A stretch of 63,279 nucleotides of DNA, filler included, from Lenisia limosa (lineage: Eukaryota; Protista; Breviatea), in NCBI GenBank assembly GCA_001655205.1. It is 13 parts of 13 records of this genome, joined end to end, with 100 filler letters (N's around TTAATTAATTAA, not from the genome) between each part and the next. Parts side by side here need not be neighbours in the genome. Positions count along the whole stretch, not along the records: positions 1 to 1,281 come from LPNZ01008467.1; positions 1,382 to 10,398 come from LPNZ01010958.1; positions 10,499 to 11,903 come from LPNZ01003043.1; positions 12,004 to 13,877 come from LPNZ01009884.1; 9 more parts are not named here. The stretch is one strand, 5' to 3'. Made by a program: the position numbers and the translations under genes. The notes under the pieces were generated by a model that made no database searches, was not told where the DNA came from, and saw only the letters and a list, made by a program, of their open reading frames with translations. Of this stretch, positions 1-12,507 are shown piece after piece (position 1 is the stretch's first letter; the number at the start of each line of letters is the position of its first letter).

Positions 1-1281
1 TACTTCACTACAGATTTTCCTGAGCTTGAGAATGCCTGGGCTGGTGTTGACAAAGATAAATGAGCCCATCCTTACGTCTAGAGAAAAGAACATTTACCTC
101 AAGAAGGCAATTGAGGCGTACTTAGCTTCAGATGCTGACTACCGAATATAGACATTATCATCATCAGTCCCAGCGATTTGTGAGACGACGAAAATTACAT
201 CAGATTGTGAACCTGGTTTGTAGTAATATAATTATAGTTTTGACCAATCTATCTCTAGATATTCATGAGCATATCAATGACACCTCTCATCGTCCAAGGC
301 CAACTGAGAAAACACCATTACAGAGGAAGGTNNNNNNNNNNNNNNNNNNNNNNNNNNNNNNNNNNNNNNNNNNNNNNNNNNNNNNNNNNNNNNNNNNNNN
401 NNNNNNNNNNNNNNNNNNNNNNNNNNNNNNNNNNAGATTTCTCCTGATTTAAGAAAAATTCTTTCTGGTTAGCTTGGCTATATCTCAACAATACATTACA
501 ACCTCCCTAGTATATCAGATAATCCGAGGCCTTATATTGACCTGTTGTAAATGTGTTTTTTGGACAAATTGGATATTGCATAAAAGTGGACTTGTAAATT
601 CAAATAGTCCACTTTTATGGAATATCCATTTTGCCCAAAAACATAATTTTCAAAGGCATTTACTATCATTTTCCACGAAGTGATACGATCCCTCATATTC
701 ACTCACCGACAAGGCTCAATGATACTCTGATACGTTCATCATTTCGACTCGAAAGTCGGTCATATGCTCATATCACTGGTGGATATGGGACAACATGCTT
801 TCTTTTCATAGAAAGGAAGAACTATAAGCTATCATGCTAAATTGCCATCGACATGAAAAGAACAATTAACAATCATGACACACCTTCAGATTAAGAAGAA
901 TCTTGAGTCATGATACCACACTTTGATAGATATGAAGAAAACCTGTCATTGTTTGCACTTTCGAAATGAGGAATATCATACTTGCACAGAGAGAGTCATT
1001 ACTATTTTCTTTATTTACAAATTGTCAATGACAGTTCATACGTGTGAAAAATGAGACAAAAAGTTATATTATTACTTATTGTTCTTTTCATAACTATGGA
1101 AGTGACTATGGATTACTAATTGTTCTTCATTTTTATGAAAGGGTTGACTGACGACTCTTTGCTCTTTTTCGATGAAACAGCCTTTTTCAAATAAAATTGG
1201 CATGGTATCCAATATATTACAACCTTTCTAGTCGAAATGGGTAATTGGTAAAGAAGCTAACACGAGGGTAATGCTGAGTGC

Positions 1282-1381
1282 NNNNNNNNNNNNNNNNNNN
1301 NNNNNNNNNNNNNNNNNNNNNNNNNTTAATTAATTAANNNNNNNNNNNNNNNNNNNNNNNNNNNNNNNNNNNNNNNNNNNN
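1282..1381. other. Artificial scaffold linker N44-TTAATTAATTAA-N44 (first of 12; 12-mer cores at 1326, 10443, 11948, 13922, 20626, 45037, 48859, 50052, 54037, 55758, 57339, 62114)
   Basis: The same 12-mer (stops in all six frames) recurs centred in an N block; the first block counts as 44 N + 12 + 44 N = 100 bp. Sequences on either side of a linker are not physically linked. Confidence 0.97.
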
Positions 1382-1855
1382 TTGCCACTCTCATTCCAGA
1401 CTCAACCCAGAGGATCTTGACAGCAATATCATGGGGGGTGTTGATTGGACCAAGCTGGATAGCATCAACGGCATGGGAAGCGGCTCTCGCAGCGTCTCCC
1501 TCAGGGAGCTTTGAAGCAAGACCAACAACACTGGTAATCATTTCAGCTAAATGTTGTGGCGAACGAGAGTTGAGAGCGGCGACTGATGTAGTATCTGCCA
1601 GAATACAGCCATTTGCGGAGAGACCAGCAGTTGAAGTAGTGGAATATGCTCGCTTGGCAACGGAAATCTCATCTCCAAGTTCAGAAATGACGGGGCATTC
1701 CGCAAGCTGCGTCCTGGAGTCGGCCTGTTCCCGTTCTGAAGCCTCCACGTGGAACTTGATGGCAGCAGGTGAGATTGTGCATAAGTTGACCGTTCCTGGG
1801 GGGGCTTTTTGGGAGAAGTTCCTTTCTTCTTTGGTGAAGCTTGACGGACAGCTCT
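1382..1855 (-). CDS. Open reading frame of unknown function downstream of the transposase copies
   Basis: Stop-free frame from ~1855 into the linker (SCPSSFTKEE...VEASEREQADSRTQLAECPV...VESGMRVA); no recognisable motif. Confidence 0.3.
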
Positions 1856-1870
1856 AATTGTCAGTGTATA

Positions 1871-3741
1871 NNNNNNNNNNAAAGTGATAGAAAGCGACCA
1901 GCGAATTGTATACCTTGAGCTTCAGCCTGTTTCTTCCTCTTCTTGTCCTCGAGAAGTCGCTCTTCCCAGTAGGCCGGGTCATGGGTGGCAATGGCTTGTC
2001 GGTCGGTCCCAAGTTCAAAAGGAAGCACAACTGTAGGCTGGGTGACCTCAACAACGGAAAAGTCCCAAGGAAGAGTATCAGGATTGGAATCAAATAATTC
2101 GATTTCAGTGTCAGTCAAAGCTTGGTGGTATTCAGTAATGTTGACCCAGGCTGCTTTTGCTCTGTCAGGATCACTACCTTTTGCCTCACGGATAAGGTCA
2201 ATCAACGTGTCGGTATTGAGGATGCATGAGTAGAGAGCAGAGCGATGGGGAGGGTGGAGGGGGGAGGAAAAAGCACCATTAGGGTCGGGGAAATGGGCGG
2301 CAAGTGTCAGTGGTTTAATCTTAATGCTGGGGGATGGAAGCTGGGTGACCTCAATTCCAGAGTTCTTGAAAGCGTTGAGTGTGTTTGTCGGATCAGCAGC
2401 GTGATTGTAGGCCTTAAGGGTGGATAAGAGCACATGACATCTCAGGAGAGCAGCACTCGAGACTCCTTCTACAACGAGGGGACTACTTCAATAGAGATGT
2501 GAGAGTACTGCGGAGAACAGCCTTGAAGATGGCGAAAGTAATGCGTTCAAGAGCTTGTGTGACTTGGGATGTGTGGGAAGGGAGGAGGTAGAGGTCAATG
2601 TTGTGAGCTTTAAGGAGAGCAAGAGCGAGGGCACAGTACCGGGATGAGTGGCCATCTGTAATGAGAAGGGCGCGGGCATTAGGAGTCAGGCCTAGTTCTT
2701 GACGATGAGCTTCAATTGCAGGTATGTAGTATTGACCGATGTACTCNNNNNNNNNNTCGGCAAGTGTCAGTGGTTTAGTCTTAATGCTGGGGGATGGAAG
2801 CTGCGTGACCTCAATTCCAGAGTTCTTGAAAGCGTTGAGTGTGTTTGTCGGCTCTGAAGCTTGATTGTGGATAAGTGCACACTCAGGAGAGCAGCACTCA
2901 AGACTCCTTCTACATCCTGAGGGGACTTCTTCAATAGAGATGTGAGAGTACTGCGGAGAACAGCCTTGAAGATGGNNNNNNNNNNTGAGTGTGTTTGTCG
3001 GCTCAGCAGCGTGATTGTAGGCCATAAGGGTGGATAAGAGCACATNNNNNNNNNNGAAGGAAGAGTATCAGTATTGTAATCAAATAATTCGATTTCAGTG
3101 TCAGTCAAAGCTTGGTGGTATTCAGCAATGTTGACCCAGGCTGCTTTTGCTCTGTCAGGATCACTACCTTTTGCCTCACGGATAAGGTCAATCAACGTGT
3201 TGGTATTGAGGATGCATGAGTAGAGAGCAGAGCGACGTGGAGGGTGGAGGGGGGAGGGAAAAGCACCAGTAGGGCCTGGGAAATGGGCAGCAAGTGTCAG
3301 TGGTTTAGTCTTAATGCTGGGGGATGGAAGCTGCGTGACCTCAATTCCAGAGTTCTTGAAAGCGTTGAGTGTGTTTGTCGGCTCAGCAGCTTGATCGTAG
3401 GTCTTAAGGGTGGATAAGAGCACATGACACCTCAGGAGAGCAGCACTCAAGACTTCTTCTACAACCTGAGGGGAGTTCTATAATAGAGATGTGAGAGTAC
3501 TGCGGAGAACAGCCTTGAAGATGGCGAAAGTAATGCGGTCAAGAGCTTGTGTGACTTGGGATGTGTGGGAAGGGAGGAGGTAGAGGTCAGTGTTGTGAGC
3601 TTTAAGGAGAGCAAGAGCAAGGGCACAGTACCTGGATGAGTGGCCATTTGTGATGAGAAGGGCGCGGGAAGTAGGAGGCAGGCCTAGTTCTTGACGTTGA
3701 GCTTCAATTGCAGGTATGTAGTATTGACCGGTGTACTCCAA
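1871..3741 (-). mobile_element. Pogo/Tigger/Fot1-like (Tc1/mariner superfamily) DDE_1 transposase C-terminal region, 2-3 near-identical decayed copies separated by 10-N gaps
   Basis: ALLITDGHSSR...NIDLYLLPSHTSQVTQALDRITFAIFK matches the DDE_1 pattern (llllDgHssH...lPphtshllQPlD..F..lK). The copy ending at 3741 has TNGH (D to N) and an in-frame TAG at 3478-3480; the copy ending at ~2746 has QALE (D to E), TAG at 2483-2485 and a frameshift. Confidence 0.8.
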
Positions 3742-4774
3742 ACAAGTATCACACGTCTATAATGGTAAGAATTAAAAGGGAATATTCGCGTTTAACTCGA
3801 CCCCATTGACCTATTCATGTTACTGTGAATGACAATTTCCTNNNNNNNNNNNNNNNNNNNNNNNNNNNNNNNNNNNNNNNNNNNNNNNNNNNNNNNNNNN
3901 NNNNNNNNNNNNNNNNNNNNNNNNNNNNNNNNNNNNNNNNNNNNNNNNNNNNNNNNNNNNNNNNNNNNNNNNNNNNNNNNNNNNNNNNNNNNNNNNNNNN
4001 NNNNNNNNNNNNNNNNNNNNNNNNNNNNNNNNNNNNNNNNNNNNNNNNNNNNNNNNNNNNNNNNNNNNNNNNNNNNNNNNNNNNNNNNNNNNNNNNNNNN
4101 NNNNNNNNNNNNNNNNNNNNNNNNNNNNNNNNAAGGTTTTTTGAGGTTATGGGCGATGTTGAAGGTGCTAGAAGCCTTTTCACAATCTGTAAGTCTGTCC
4201 CATGTTGTCAAGTGTCGGAGCTCTTTAGTCAACCATTTCATCTAAAAAGAATAATTGGGAAAGAAAAAGAACCAAAAAGTCTAAAAGCAGTGGAAAAGAC
4301 CACGGTATTCAAGATTGGGATTAAAAAAATGAAGGAAACCTCGAAAAGCAGCTCTTTATATGACAACTCCAGTGTAAGATAATNNNNNNNNNNNNNNNNN
4401 NNNNNNNNNNNNNNNNNNNNNNNNNNNNNNNNNNNNNNNNNNNNNNNNNNNNNNNNNNNNNNNNNNNNNNNNNNNNNNNNNNNNNNNNNNNNNNNNNNNN
4501 NNNNNNNNNNNNNNNNNNNNNNNNNNNNNNNNNNNNNNNNNNNNNNNNNNNNNNNNNNNNNNNNNNNNNNATAATATGCTTATTTGTATATGATCAATGA
4601 AATGTTTCTGGTTTAAAGATCAAAGAACCTACTTATTAATAACAGACGTTAAACAATGCAGGCAAAATTGAACTACAGAAATGAAGCTTAAATATGTCGC
4701 TTTAACATTAAAATGCAAAAACAGTTGAATTGGATACATCTTGGAACCCATTGTAATGCTGTAGGTCAGTTTCC

Positions 4775-5426
4775 TCCGTGAGGTCTATCAGCAATATGAG
4801 GCCATTGGGTACAACTGCACCAACTGCCTTCTAGTCCATAACCGAGACGGAACTATTGGTGACGATGCTGTGTCTAACAAGCTTGCTTCATTTCCGTTTT
4901 CAAGTTATTTCCGCCATACTGTTTTGGCAAACTGCAATGCGCCGGTTAGTGTTTCTCCATTGAAGCCAGATTCTGTCGCGCGACCTCTTCAAAGGAACGC
5001 TTAAAGAAAGGTGTTATTCTGGAAGATAGGCGTTTTAGGCCGAAGAACGCTCCTCGTGTCAAGACCATTCCAAAGAAAGATCAACGCCAAATGATGGATG
5101 TCTTGAGACGTCTTAGAGTGTCCGCAAGTGCTTCTCTGAAGATTGGTATGTCTCCGAATCGGTGATGTCAGACGCCACCGTCGAGGGTGGGCCCCTTACA
5201 GAAAAGCAGCTGAGAATATATGTACGTTATACCAACGATTCTACTTCAAGCTGTTTCTCTAGTGACCCGAGGATTAGACCCCTTTGATGCTCTCCTATCC
5301 CCAAGAACTCCTCCATGCAGTCTACCATCCACAAGGTCAACGCAGAAGGACAGCAACAAAAGACCCCCCGAGAACAGTGTTACCCAAGTCAAAGACGATA
5401 TTCTTGGTCACACCCACAAAGAATAA
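4775..5426 (+). CDS. Hypothetical protein, multi-exon with short introns
   Basis: GT-AG bounded open segments VSFLREVYQQYEAIG, ...KERLKKGVILEDRRFRPKNAPRVKTIPKKDQRQMMDVLRRLRVSASASLKI, and a last exon ...QVKDDILGHTHKE* ending at 5426. Confidence 0.45.
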
Positions 5427-5916
5427 AGTTCTACACCCACCTCCACTCACCTCCAACCTCTCATCCGTTTTAAGAACACTAATGTTCTAGTTTTTGTGTT
5501 AAATAGAACTTAGCTTGTTGAAATCCATGATAACTTGTTGATAATGACGTATTAGTATGGTATCCACTGAAACACATTTTGCTGTGTTTTTTTTGGAAGT
5601 ACGTTGTATTGAAGGGAAAGAACATAGTGCAACAATAAAACTAGTTCCTCTGAAAATATATATTCATCATCATCATAGTCACTGCGCTACTCTCATCATC
5701 TGAGGTCAAAGTCGCAGTGATACAGTCGATTATCACAGGAAAGACCAGTCAGTATTTAACAGGAAACCGCTCTGCCCACCTTGTCAGGAAGAGAATGAAA
5801 CACCTTTTCAAAAGGATCCAGAGAGTTCAATCTGTGAAATAAAAACTGGTTCTTTTAACGCAAATATCATCTACAAGATGAAGTGATTATACATTCTCCA
5901 CAATTCAAGACAAAAG

Positions 5917-7420
5917 CTAATCCACAATACATTGGCCAATCTGATTAGTGAATATATGTGAGGTTCCTGTACGGCACACATGATGGCGGAAGATAGAATC
6001 AGTAACAGTGTTTCCAGTTGTGGTATTCAAGAGCATAGGCCGTTGTTTTCGGCATCCTAAGATCTGTTGCGCAACTGATTTTCCATTGCCTGTGACTGTT
6101 GTCACCTTTTCTTGTATCTAGTGGATAATCAGTGATAGAAGCCAAAATTTCCCACAATTATATGTACTATATAAAAATATTTGATAAGCAAAATGGTTAA
6201 AAAGAACACACAGAAAAAGAAAGAAGCCAAATTAACAACGCTAACCTCTTTTATGAGGTTTTTCAATTCATCTAGTATCTGGCAGTCTTTTCCAAATGTA
6301 AGGCAGCCATCCCAACGATTTTCAACCTATTAATAATTATGTCGTAAATGAAGCCAAAGTTGCAATCATAATCTCGAAAAACGTGCAGTTATTGCAACTT
6401 CTCCTTCAAACTTGAAATCATACAGTGAAGAGCTATTTTTTGCCAGAGCTGGATTGTACCCAAACAATTGGCAACCCTGGGCTTTCTACAGACCGCTTTT
6501 GTGACGCGAATGTAATATCAGAGAATATCAAGTGACGGACCATGGATTTTGGAATCAGTCAGCTACACGATTTAGTTAACATAAACAAATAAAAAACAAA
6601 CTTCTTTCAGCTTCTCCATGAGCTTCGGTCCGTTATTGAAGATGGACTCCCTCGACTTAGCCGTTCTAGGCGGAAAGATGGCCGTGTCCGATTTTTCTTG
6701 CGATGGTGGCATCTATTTTGAAGGACATAATATTAAAGAAGCAATGATCCACATAGTCATATGAAACCTGTCACTTTCGGTGTCTGAAGGGGAGCTTAAA
6801 CCTTTTGGAAAGACGTAGGCGGACGTATTGACCCAGTACTTTGAGCGCATTTGTCTAAGTAATTTAGGATGAATGCATGTTCGTAAACACCGTTTATTTA
6901 TGATGACGTAAATGGTGAAGAGGAAGGAGGTGGTGGTTGCTCTGCTAACCAACCGTCAGCTTGCGGGAACCTGGACCTTGACTACCAACATAATCTGGTA
7001 AACTTCTTTTCTATTATCCTGATAACTTATTTCTATTCTTCTTGAACCCTGAGCTTGTCAACGGGTCTTAAAAGCACCGGGCAAGGTGTGAGTACAGCTG
7101 AAGGCTACTGGCGAAATAGCGACTTTTAAGCCTTAAATTCAATCGTGAAGGTCTTTCAAACACTAGAAATTATTTTCAGCCAAGAGGGTAAGGCAGTAAG
7201 GACTTGGCAGCATTCCTCCGAGTCACGATCTAGGCAGCATTCCTCCGAGTCACGATCTAGGCGCAAAGCCTTCGTGCAATCAACGTTCATCAAATGTCGC
7301 ATATGCATGGGTCCCAGCTTTAAGGTTTTTGGTCGATCTTTAGTTCTGAAGAAATCTTGACACTTCAAATGCGGCTTGAGTGTATCACCATCACCTTGGG
7401 TGGGTTCCCATCTCTATAAT
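5917..7420 (-). CDS. Hypothetical protein, multi-exon
   Basis: Exon-like segments RWEPTQGDGDTLKPHLKCQDFFRTKDRPKTLKLGPMH..., VENRWDGCLTFGKDCQILDELKNLIKE and a terminal ...HVCRTGTSHIFTNQIGQCIVD*; no family recognised. May be more than one gene. Confidence 0.35.
7206..7262. repeat. Perfect 27-bp tandem duplication inside coding sequence
   Basis: GGCAGCATTCCTCCGAGTCACGATCTA x2 (7206-7232, 7233-7259); gives an in-frame LDRDSEECC duplication on the minus strand. Confidence 0.9.
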
Positions 7421-7492
7421 CCAAAGAGCAAAAAAAAAAGAAAGACTCGTAAAATCATTGTGGAAGCTATTTATTTGGCACTTTAATAGAAC

Positions 7493-8150
7493 TTAATGAG
7501 CCGCGACGCCATAATTGTATACTCTAGAAATTGAAACTTCTTGAATAGTGATTCGTTCCTTTACTTCTTCAATAGATTGGCTTGTCTTGTTAATAATTAA
7601 TGAAATGCACGGTACTCAACGCCTTTGTCGCTGACTGAAGTTTTTTTGTAAGAAATTCAAGACCTTCAACTTTTGAAAATGAAACCATCACTTCACACAA
7701 AATTAATAGTATCATGAACCCCAAGCCATAATCCTAAAGCTCCTTCAGTGGAAGCATTTGCCTCTGTGAAAATGTGGTCACCAACTTCCAAGGTAAAAGT
7801 TGGATGAAATTTCAAAGACAGAATTGAAGAAATTACTGTCTTAATTTCAGGGATTCTCTCTTGCAAAACAGACCTTCTCTCAAGTAACCTAGCTTCCTGG
7901 GCCTTTAAAGAGCACATTAAGATTCACAAAATACTTTAACTCTTCCTGGAAGAGAGAAATCCCTTCTTCAATTCCATGTTCTGCAACATATTCATGAACA
8001 TTTGACAGAATTACGAAATAAAAACAACCAAAAATGCCATTACCACAGGCAGCCAAAAGTCCTAACAATTAAGAAAACTTGCACACAAGCCAAGGGAGAT
8101 AACGTATTATCAACGTGTCAACGCAATATCTTCAATATCGCAATGGATCG
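7493..8150 (-). CDS. PFDN3: Prefoldin subunit 3 (VBP1/Pac10-like); 5' end approximate
   Basis: LQERIPEIK, FTLEVGDHIFTEA...LGLWLG, EGLEFLTKKLQSATKAL and IEEVKERITIQEVSISRVYNY follow the PFDN3 pattern (QIPEIK...F.LAD.LY.KA...V.LWLGA...LR.Q.TT.EV.MARVYNW). TAA at 7493-7495. Confidence 0.75.
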
Positions 8151-8892
8151 TTTTTTAGAACTTTTGAACAGAGAAACTGCCGTAAACAAAACCTGAACAA
8201 AACAGTGGGGCAGGGGCAAGCAAGGGGCAAGGCAGGAGGCAGCGATGAGGGGTACCAGGCATGATCCCTGATCTTTTATAATTTTTGCTGATGTTTCCTG
8301 ATGTAAATAATTGTTTTTGTTTTGTTTTTTTTCCCTAATTGTCCTTTTGTTGCGTCAATGTCCTATTTATATATAAAACAATAATATAGAAGAAGAATTA
8401 TCCAAATTCTCTGGAATTGAGAACTCATCAATTTCTCGAAAATGTCAAAAATTTTCGAAACATCAAACAAAAACAGACAATCCTCCAACAAATACTACTC
8501 AACACAGCAGCTACACCACAGTGACTGATTGACTGACGACTGCATCAACTGCATGACTTTGGCATGACTGNNNNNNNNNNNNNNNNNNNNNNNNNNNNNN
8601 NNNNNNNNNNNNNNNNNNNNNNNNAAATGTTAAACTTTTGAATTTGCTCGTTTGCTCTATTGTTGTATTGTTGTACTACAAAACAAACGCGAGCACAAAA
8701 CTTTACGACGCAAGAGTAACAGCTACCTGGAGAAGGTAATTAGAACAACAGGGCATACAATTGACATGATTTGAAAGCGATGCTTACGGCAAACAGAGCC
8801 AGCCAGGGGTAGATATGGCAAACTAGAGATGGTCAAAAAGAGCTTCTGAAAAACAACATTGACATCTACTTCAACTTACCTGTCTACTCTAT

Positions 8893-10220
8893 TTAAAAAT
8901 ATTCCCGGAGAATATGTCTTATCAGTCGGGGTCCTTCTGTTGTCATAATTGTATCATTATCAAAATGTTCGGAGTGCTCCACTTCGCTCTCGTTTTTACT
9001 AATATCTACATCCAACAACAAACGATCTTCTTCCTCTTCTTCCTTCTCTTCCTCCTCTGTTATCACTGCATCAACCATTGCTTGGGTGGCGGACACACCA
9101 AACGTTTCGCTAGATGCAATAGTGGAGGTATCTGCCACTGTTGAAGCAGGAACGTACGCTCCAACACCCGCCCAAGCTCTTTCTGTGCTTCGCTTGACAC
9201 ACATCTAAACTTGGGCAAATGTCATTTTGCAAGGGATGGTAGCTGCGGTAAATGTAGACGGTCGGTTATTGTAGCGACCATCTTTAAGTAGTCCCTGAAA
9301 CAATCAATGAAAATTTCAGTATTTCAAAAAGCTTGTATTGCTTTATTAGATAGCCATAGAATCACTGGTCTACATGCTATTTCCATCCAAATACACATAG
9401 TACAGGTATCCATTTCAATATGTGTTTGTATTTTTTGTAAAAAAAAACAATACCAAGAAAAATAGCAGGAAGATGGATAAATGATGACAAACTACTCAGA
9501 GGCAATCACGATTACGACTCCCTTACACGATGTTTGATCTGTCGTAACATTTCATTCTTTTTCATGAGCTTTGGAGCATGCTCAGCGGAAAAGTTTAAAG
9601 TGTAGCTGGAGTAACAGGGCCCGACACTCCGAAAGAGCCCAAATTCCGACTCATCAGGCTAATGCTATCAAGATTGTTTTGAAGAAAGCACACATAATTG
9701 ATCACATAATTAATTACCAACCTGGCTTGATAGGGCCTCGGTTGTGACCGGTATTTCCGGAAAGTGTGTTCCTTGGTAAACACAGAAAGACGCCAGAGAA
9801 GATGAGTTGAGTTCAACTCCCTAAGCAATAAGACAGGCCAATAGTATAGTGAAAACTGACAAGAATACTCTATATTGGATATAATACCCACAACCTTGAT
9901 AAAGTTCGCCGTCAAGAAGTGTTGACCCAATAGATCCCCTTCTCTCTTTGGATCTCTGTACTGTTTTGACTCTGATGAAGAAGGAAATGCCTGAAAGCTC
10001 TTTGTGATAAGTCGAATTGTGGTTGCTGCTTGGGACATCGCTTCAACCCGTTCAGGCTATCCAAACATCGCGTCTACTTGTCCATATGGAGCGGTACAAG
10101 GTTGTAGCCTTCATGGTGGAGTCCAATGAAAGCCGCGGCCTGTAGGCGAATACACTCAATTCAAGCTGCAGAGGCTATGGTTTCTCTGGTGCCCTTGAAG
10201 GGCATGGAATCCGCCTCCGA
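8893..10220 (-). CDS. Hypothetical protein, multi-exon, with an acidic C-terminal tract
   Basis: Open segments AAAFIGLHHEGYNLVPLHMDK, MSQAATTIRLITKSF..., YWPVLLLRELNSTHLLWRLSVFTKEHTFRKYRSQPRPYQAR and ...EEEEKEEEEEDRLLL...HILREYF*. Confidence 0.35.
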
Positions 10221-10497
10221 GAGTAGGTGAAAGAAAGAGATCGCTCTTTATTAATGACATGATTTTTTTTGAATATCTTCAGGTTTCTTCTTCGTGATCT
10301 TTCAAAATGTATCTAGGTTTCTCGATGCATCAGTGTGCTTCTCCGTAGAGATACCAAATATATATAATTATACTATATGCGGCCGTTCAAAATTCTGGNN
10401 NNNNNNNNNNNNNNNNNNNNNNNNNNNNNNNNNNNNNNNNNNTTAATTAATTAANNNNNNNNNNNNNNNNNNNNNNNNNNNNNNNNNNNNNNNNNNN

Positions 10498-11885
10498 NGT
10501 GATCTATTGATCTCGGCTGGTGTTCTGCTCAACTATCTTGACGCTTCCAACAAGGTGGGGTACTTGGAAAAAGATATATTATCCACCTTATAGTTGCCAT
10601 ATTTGAATGGTTCTCACCCTCCAATTGCCATATACCCTCTAATTGCCATATTTGGAAGGTTCTCACCCTCTAGGTGCCCTTTGAGGACATTCGCTACATC
10701 TTCGGCGAGATTATGTACGGAGGCCACATTAGCGATGATCTTGACCGTCGTCTCTCGGCTAGTTACCTACAAAAGTGGGGAGAGGGGGGGGGGGGACACA
10801 NNNNNNNNNNNNNNNNNNNNNNNNNNNNNNNNNNNNNNNNNNNNNNNNNNNNNNNNNNNNNNNNNNNNNNNNNNNNNNNNNNNNNNNNNNNNNNNNNNNN
10901 NNNNGAGATTTATTGTAATGTAAACAGAAGTTCAGATACTTTGATTATATATTTTGTCAACTACTTCACAACATTTTACTCTCTGCTCACTTTTCATAGG
11001 TTCATTTGCCCGAAAATGTTCGACGACAATTTCGAACTTGCTCCAGTAGGGGGGGTGGGGCCATTGGTATGCAATTTCATTTTATGTGGGCTTGGATTTT
11101 ATTATTCCGAATATGACACTTGCCTGTGGTATTAGGGGGAGGGGGGGTCACCATATGAAGTCGTCTCTCAAATTTAACATTTTCAGCCTCCGGTTTTACT
11201 TACAAATTTGAGGGCTGTTTTACTTAAAATTTCAAGGCTTTTTTACTTCCACTTCACGCTTTTGCTTTTTTACTTAAAATTTAAGGGCTTCTTCATGCCG
11301 ACCCCACGGTCGTTCAAGGAGTACATTGAGTACATCAAGGCGGAAATGCCCGCAGAAAGTCCCTATATGTACGGCATCCATCCCAATGCGGAAATCGGGT
11401 ATGCTGGGTTAGGCACCCAACTGAGTGTGAACTTTTGACAATCATTTTTGAGTATGGTGGAAAGAAAATAGTTATTACTTCCTGTTTCTGAATCCTAACA
11501 AAGAAGAAGACAGATTTTCCTCTGACCCCCTGTGCATGTTTCTAAAAGTCTCGTCTTTTTTCTTCAACTTTCCTCATCCCCCTTTCCTCAGAGTGTTGAC
11601 TAAGAAGACAGCAGAGCTCTTCCACTCCATTGTGGACCTCACCCCGACTGCCGCAGCCGGACCTGAGGGCTCTTCTGTGGTCGAGAAGGTGGGGGTATAT
11701 CGAACCTCTTGCTACTACCTACCCCTACTTACCATATATAGGTTCAGTCCATCATTGATGATTTCCTGGAGCGACTCCCTGCTGAGTACCCCATGGCCGA
11801 ACTGTATAGCAGAGTGGACGAGAGAAGCCCCTCTACCACCGTGTGCCTGCAGGAGTGCGACCGAATGAATATTCTGCTAGTGGAG
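10498..11885 (+). CDS. Axonemal outer-arm dynein heavy chain (DNAH9/11/17 or ODA4-like class), internal C-terminal fragment, 6 exons
   Basis: Exons ~10498-10554, 10674-10774, 11000-11045, 11286-11398, 11592-11688, 11742-11885 give [42 protein letters not shown]...[15 protein letters not shown]...[14 protein letters not shown], matching the dynein AAA6-lid and C-terminal domain consensus ([26 protein letters not shown]; ESPYLYGLHPNAEIG; QECERMN). Confidence 0.93.
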
Positions 11886-12089
11886 GTGGGGGGGGGGGGG
11901 GCTNNNNNNNNNNNNNNNNNNNNNNNNNNNNNNNNNNNNNNNNNNNNTTAATTAATTAANNNNNNNNNNNNNNNNNNNNNNNNNNNNNNNNNNNNNNNNN
12001 NNNCCCCCCCCCCCCCAACACACCCAACTCACAATCCAATCGAAATCAAATAGCCAAGTCCAAAGGTTTTACTCAATTTACACTTTAGA

Positions 12090-12310
12090 AACCATTTCCA
12101 TTTGCTAACCCTTATCTTTAATTCCGAGCTGCACTGTTGACATGGCAGACAATTCCCAGTCTCCACCATCCGCGATCTGAGGACCGACAACATCATCCGA
12201 GTCGATGTATACATCATCGACGGGCTCCTATAGCATTACTGTAGCTGTGAATTGAAACTAACCGTCATCATTTGCTGAAGAGAGAGGGAAGAGCGCTAGG
12301 AGAGGGGTTA
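12090..12310 (-). CDS. Unassigned exons (hypothetical protein fragment)
   Basis: AG/GT-bounded EPVDDVYIDSDDVVGPQIADGGDWELSAMSTVQLGIKDK. Confidence 0.3.
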
Positions 12311-12507
12311 GGCAGGGGGGCAGTTGTGCACAGTCTGCTGACTAAGGCTGTTTATACACTCATTTGTGTGAAACCAACGGAAGTTTACGTTTCTACAACA
12401 GAATTGAGCTGAAAGGGTGAAGTTTCAATTAATTTTCATTTTTGGTAATGCAGATCTTCATGATCACTTGAATTAGATTGATTGTGGTTCGGATTGCCGT
12501 GAGCCAT

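Noticed and set aside
1326-1337. TTAATTAATTAA palindrome repeated 12 times, resembling a regulatory or recombination site
   Set aside because: It is embedded in N blocks (44 N on each side where counted), so it is an assembly linker. Gene neighbourhoods across linkers are meaningless.
9195-9215. In-frame TAG between open segments, suggesting a reassigned stop codon
   Set aside because: RPS26 and RSP3 end at TAG, and SOD and GHR end at TAA, at the expected positions; an unrecognised short intron is more likely.
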